From an uncultured Nitrososphaerota archaeon (GTDB lineage Archaea > Korarchaeota > Korarchaeia > Korarchaeales > Korarchaeaceae): DNA of 7,471 nt. How positions within the stretch are numbered: position 1 is the stretch's first letter; the number at the start of each line of letters is the position of its first letter. The notes under the pieces are model-generated. The model saw only the letters and a list, made by a program, of their open reading frames with translations, did not search any database and was not told the origin of the DNA. Both the position numbers and the translations under genes were made by a program. Shown piece by piece: positions 4,930-7,471 of this stretch. The stretch is taken from NCBI GenBank assembly GCA_964480775.1, contig CAYZRF010000043.1:1-7471 (forward strand). Reading direction: 5' to 3'.

Positions 4930-6263
4930 GCAAAGAAGAGCTTCTGAGTTTTGGTGAGACGGCGATAAAGAAGGCGATTTCAGAAGAAGTTGATCAAGCT
5001 GAAGCTTTCCTTTATGAAGGCAAACTGCTCTCGATAAGCGTAGAAAGAGGAGAAGTAAAGAAAGCTGAAAGCATAGTTGAGAAAGGAATCGGTGTAAGGG
5101 TAGCAATAGGCAAAAAAGTTGGCTTTTCATATTCAACCGGTTTTGAGGAGATTGATGTAGTTTCAAAAAGAGCAATTCAAAACGCGAAAGCTTCTCCTCC
5201 TGATCAAAACTTCAGATCTTTTCCAGAACCTACGGAAGCTAATAGGGTAAAAGGACTCTTTGATGAGAAGATAGCCGAACTTAGTGTAGAAGATGCATCA
5301 GAACTCATAAAGGAGATGGTTGAGTCAGCAAAAGTGGATAAAAGGGTTTACTCTATCAGTGGGGCTTTCTTCTCAACAGCAGGAACAATTGCAGTTCTTA
5401 ACTCATTAGGAACCGAAAGAGCCGAGGATTTAACGCAAACTTACATCTACGCATATATTGCAGCGAAAGACGGAGATGACATGAGTTCTGGCTATGAATT
5501 CAATCAGAGCAGACATCTCTCCGATATAGATCCTGCATGGGTTGGAGAAGAGGCTGCAAAATTAGCTATAAGCTCTTTGGGAGCAATTAGGATAGAAACA
5601 GGATACTATGATGTGGTGATAGACCCTTTAGCAATGCCTTCATTCATAGGCTTTGTAGTATCATCGGCAGCAAATGCAGAGAACGTGCAATATGGAAGGT
5701 CTTTCTTGGCTGGAAAGCTTAAAAAGAAGATTGCTAGGGAGGAAATAAGTATTTTCGACGATGGGGCAGTTCCTAGGGCCTATGCTAGCGTTAGTTTCGA
5801 TGGAGAGGGTGTAAGTACAAAAAGGACACCCGTAATCCTGAATGGTTTTTTGAAAAGTTATATTCACAACTCTTATACTGCAGGGAAGGCGGGAGTTAAG
5901 AGCACAGGAAATGCGTCAAGAAGCTACGATTCTTTGCCTTCTATTAGTTCACACAATGTAATTTTGGAAGCAGATGGCCTAAAGGCAAAAAAAGAGGAAC
6001 TCTTAGATATTAGAAAAGGAATACTTTTCAAAGATACTGCAGATAAGCCTAATCTTGCAAATGGAGAGTTCAGCGGACTTATGTCAAGTGCTTTTTTGAT
6101 AGAAAAGGGAGAAATAACTAAAAGCCTTAAAGAAACCGGTTTTGGGATAAATCTCCTTGACTTTCTAGTTAAGATAGAGTTAATTGGAGATGATTATAGG
6201 CAAGTTGGATCGACGATTTCACCATCTTGCAAGGTAATAGGAATGAGAGCGGCGGGTAAATAG
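4926..6263 (+). CDS. pmbA: PmbA/TldE-family protein (non-catalytic partner of TldD)
   Basis: The ORF-track start at 4842 is a non-ATG codon inside tldD. ATG 4926 overlaps the tldD stop (ATGA) and follows GGTGG (4915-4919). Length is 445 aa. The protein is TldD/PmbA-like throughout (GIGVRVAIGKKVGFSYS near the N-terminus, GEFSGLMSSAFLIEKGEI near the C-terminus) but lacks HExxxH, as expected for PmbA/TldE. Confidence 0.85.
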   Translation: MSKEELLSFGETAIKKAISEEVDQAEAFLYEGKLLSISVERGEVKKAESIVEKGIGVRVAIGKKVGFSYSTGFEEIDVVSKRAIQNAKASPPDQNFRSFPEPTEANRVKGLFDEKIAELSVEDASELIKEMVESAKVDKRVYSISGAFFSTAGTIAVLNSLGTERAEDLTQTYIYAYIAAKDGDDMSSGYEFNQSRHLSDIDPAWVGEEAAKLAISSLGAIRIETGYYDVVIDPLAMPSFIGFVVSSAANAENVQYGRSFLAGKLKKKIAREEISIFDDGAVPRAYASVSFDGEGVSTKRTPVILNGFLKSYIHNSYTAGKAGVKSTGNASRSYDSLPSISSHNVILEADGLKAKKEELLDIRKGILFKDTADKPNLANGEFSGLMSSAFLIEKGEITKSLKETGFGINLLDFLVKIELIGDDYRQVGSTISPSCKVIGMRAAGK

Positions 6264-6270
6264 GATACTC

Positions 6271-6287
6271 AGAAACTTTGGATTTCT
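6271..6287. terminator. small hairpin AGAAA-CTTTGGA-TTTCT in the 25-nt convergent spacer between pmbA and adk
   Basis: A 5-bp inverted repeat (6271-6275 / 6283-6287) with a 7-nt loop is flanked by T-rich sequence on both strands. The stem is weak. Confidence 0.2.
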
Positions 6288-6288
6288 T

Positions 6289-6954
6289 CTAATAAGAATC
6301 TCTCCTTCTCAAACAATCTAAGATAGCTTTAATTCTTTTTTGCACATCTTTTATTGTACCAGTTCCATCCACTTCTCTCAATGTGCCCTTCTTTGCATAA
6401 TATTCAATAAGAGGATGGGATTCTTTCTCGTATATTTCAAGCCTCCTTATTACTACTTCCTCTTTATCGTCCTCCCTTTGATACAAATGTCCGCCACAAA
6501 GATCACAAATCTCATCGTGCTTTGGGGGATTAAATATGAGATGATAGATCGCTCCGCACTTCTCACATATCCTACGAGAAGACAGACGTCTTATCAATTC
6601 TTCTCTGTCAACCTTAAGGTAGATGGCTAAATCTATCGAAAGACCTTTTTGCTTTAACCACCTTGTCAAAGCCTCTGCTTGCCTTAAATTTCTAGGGAAA
6701 CCATCTAGAACAAATCCTCTTTTGCAATCGTGCTTTTCGAGTCTATCCATTATTATTCTTATTGCGATTTCATCGGGAACAAGCTCACCCCTTAGCACAT
6801 AGCCCTTAATCTGCTCCGCAAGCGGACCATCTTTCCGGATCATTTCTCTAAAGATTTCACCTGATGCTACAACTGGTATACTCAGTTCTTCAGCGATTAT
6901 CTTTGCGTGGGTTCCTTTTCCCGATCCTGGCGGGCCTAGCATAACGATTCTCAT
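6289..6954 (-). CDS. adk: adenylate kinase, long (bacterial/eukaryal Adk) type with a four-Cys zinc LID
   Basis: MRIVMLGPPGSGKGTHAKIIAEEL places the P-loop at residues 7-15 as in Adk, and the NMP-binding region SGEIFRE and GFVLDGFPRNLRQAE are present. The LID is CEKCG-x16-CDLCGG, i.e. CxxC-x16-CxxC. I prefer ATG 6954 over the ORF-track TTG at 6981, because the 9-aa extension is not Adk-like and a TATA-like box sits at 6982-6988. Length is 221 aa. Confidence 0.9.
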   Translation of the reverse strand: MRIVMLGPPGSGKGTHAKIIAEELSIPVVASGEIFREMIRKDGPLAEQIKGYVLRGELVPDEIAIRIIMDRLEKHDCKRGFVLDGFPRNLRQAEALTRWLKQKGLSIDLAIYLKVDREELIRRLSSRRICEKCGAIYHLIFNPPKHDEICDLCGGHLYQREDDKEEVVIRRLEIYEKESHPLIEYYAKKGTLREVDGTGTIKDVQKRIKAILDCLRRRDSY

Positions 6955-6981
6955 TGGGGCGTCGGAAATATTTAGTAACAA

Positions 6982-6996
6982 CTTTTAACTTTTTTC
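6982..6996 (-). promoter_or_regulatory. candidate archaeal BRE/TATA for adk (minus strand GAAAAAAG-TTAAAAG)
   Basis: The minus strand reads GAAAAAAGTTAAAAGT. The TATA-like part (6988-6982) is centred about 31 nt before ATG 6954, implying a very short leader, and no SD is seen before the ATG. Confidence 0.3.
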
Positions 6997-7196
6997 AAAA
7001 GCGATCGTAAATAGGTAGGTTTAGGCCCTCTATCGTTTCTCTAAACTTTAAACTATGGAAATTGGTGGCTCTTGAGCATTTACATCATAGCTAAAGGTGT
7101 TTAATGGCTTAAATCTCTTCATCAATTAAGCAGATATGTTTTGAGATAGATTGATCTTCTATGGACCAACGACAGAGATAAAAGTCCCTTAGCCAC

Positions 7197-7471
7197 CTAC
7201 TTTAATAGATAGACGCCTATAAACAGGAAAATTGTTGTCATAAGGTCAGCAGACGAAGTAACCATCGGCACGACAAAGTTGTCGGGATCCCATCCTTTCT
7301 TGAAAGTTCCTTCAGCAATAACAAAGGATAGCATAGAAATAGCTAGGAAACCAACGATATTTGTGAAAAGCGAGAGCTTTATCAAAGTAAATGCAGAACT
7401 ACTTATAGAATCACTGGAAAAGAATGCACCTATGAATCCGAGGAAAAAGAATAAGATAAAAGCAGAAATCT
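7197..7471 (-). CDS. MgtE-domain (divalent cation transporter-like) membrane protein, C-terminal part; the 5' end lies beyond the window
   Basis: The minus-strand frame stays open from 7385 to the window edge (…ISAFILFFFLGFIGAFFSSDSISSSAFT-LIKLSLFTNIVGF…), so the TTG at 7385 in the ORF track is not the real start. It has hydrophobic helices plus KGWDPDNFVVPMVTSSADLMTTIF, which resembles the conserved G-DP-x4-P-x2-T-x2-D signature at the end of MgtE/SLC41 transmembrane domains. Confidence 0.6.
   Translation of the reverse strand, partial: ISAFILFFFLGFIGAFFSSDSISSSAFTLIKLSLFTNIVGFLAISMLSFVIAEGTFKKGWDPDNFVVPMVTSSADLMTTIFLFIGVYLLK

Noticed and set aside
4647-6630. Short ORFs 4647..4850(-), 4921..5175(-) and 5661..5867(-), plus 6340..6630(+) opposite adk.
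   Set aside because: They are embedded antisense to tldD, pmbA and adk, which have strong family signatures. Their translations are Leu/Ser/Phe/Cys-rich shadows.
6955-6981. A TTG-initiated 9-aa extension of adk (MLLNISDAP). By the same logic: ATG 966 for the gamma subunit and GTG 139 for the alpha subunit.
   Set aside because: The Adk P-loop normally begins about residue 7, which fits MRIVMLGPPGSGKGT, and a TATA-like element would overlap the TTG. ATG 990 has the better SD and the ATGA overlap, though 966 remains possible. The alpha frame is open back to nt 1, so 139 is an artefact of the window edge.
7048-7122. A 24-codon minus-strand sORF as a possible RiPP-like precursor for TldD/PmbA.
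   Set aside because: It has no SD or promoter context. An open frame of this length is common by chance in a 215-nt spacer. It is separated from tldD-pmbA by the convergent adk gene. I keep it only as a low-priority note within the intergenic finding.
7060-7130. A possible C/D-box sRNA on the minus strand (TTGATGA ... ATGATGT).
   Set aside because: No CUGA D or D' box is present in the appropriate positions; there is no TCAG/CTGA anywhere in 6982-7196. I saw no terminal complementary stem, and the box spacing is slightly long.
7064-7197. A 7-bp long-range inverted repeat, GGTGGCT (7064-7070) / AGCCACC (7191-7197).
   Set aside because: A single 7-mer match across about 200 nt is expected by chance. 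The arms are 120 nt apart, I noticed no supporting helices, and one arm overlaps a stop codon.
1-7471. A search for CRISPR repeats, IS/transposase or integrase genes, tRNA/rRNA, toxin-antitoxin pairs or defence-island signatures.
   Set aside because: I saw no regularly spaced direct repeats, no terminal inverted repeats and no cloverleaf-like or rRNA-like segments. Every large ORF except the 195-aa orphan is explained by housekeeping or metabolic families.

Overview
This 7.5-kb stretch reads like ordinary chromosomal DNA of a (hyper)thermophilic archaeon, most like Thermococcales. That placement is an inference from AGA/AGG Arg and ATA Ile codons, Glu/Lys/Ile-rich proteins, A/T-rich TATA-type boxes about 25-35 nt before first genes, and GGAGG/GGTG Shine-Dalgarno motifs inside operons. 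Left to right: (1) The 3' three and a half genes of a four-gene operon ordered alpha / 4Fe-4S gamma / 2Fe-2S delta / DAO-type beta, as in heterotetrameric dye-linked L-proline dehydrogenase (sarcosine-oxidase-like) complexes; every junction overlaps (ATGA, ATGA, ATGATTAA). (2) A convergent 195-aa orphan protein with no motif I can recognise. (3) Divergent from it, a tldD-pmbA(tldE) metalloprotease pair in which tldD is split into two ORFs by one extra T in a T8 run. (4) A convergent long-type, Zn-lid adenylate kinase. (5) The 3' end of an MgtE-domain membrane protein running off the right edge. I saw no rRNA/tRNA, CRISPR array, transposase, integrase or long repeat, and no convincing new multi-gene system. 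Most worth follow-up are the frameshifted tldD (error vs pseudogene vs recoding/split gene), the orphan protein divergently paired with the TldD/PmbA module, and a compositional step between the GC-richer pdh-like operon and the AT-richer remainder.
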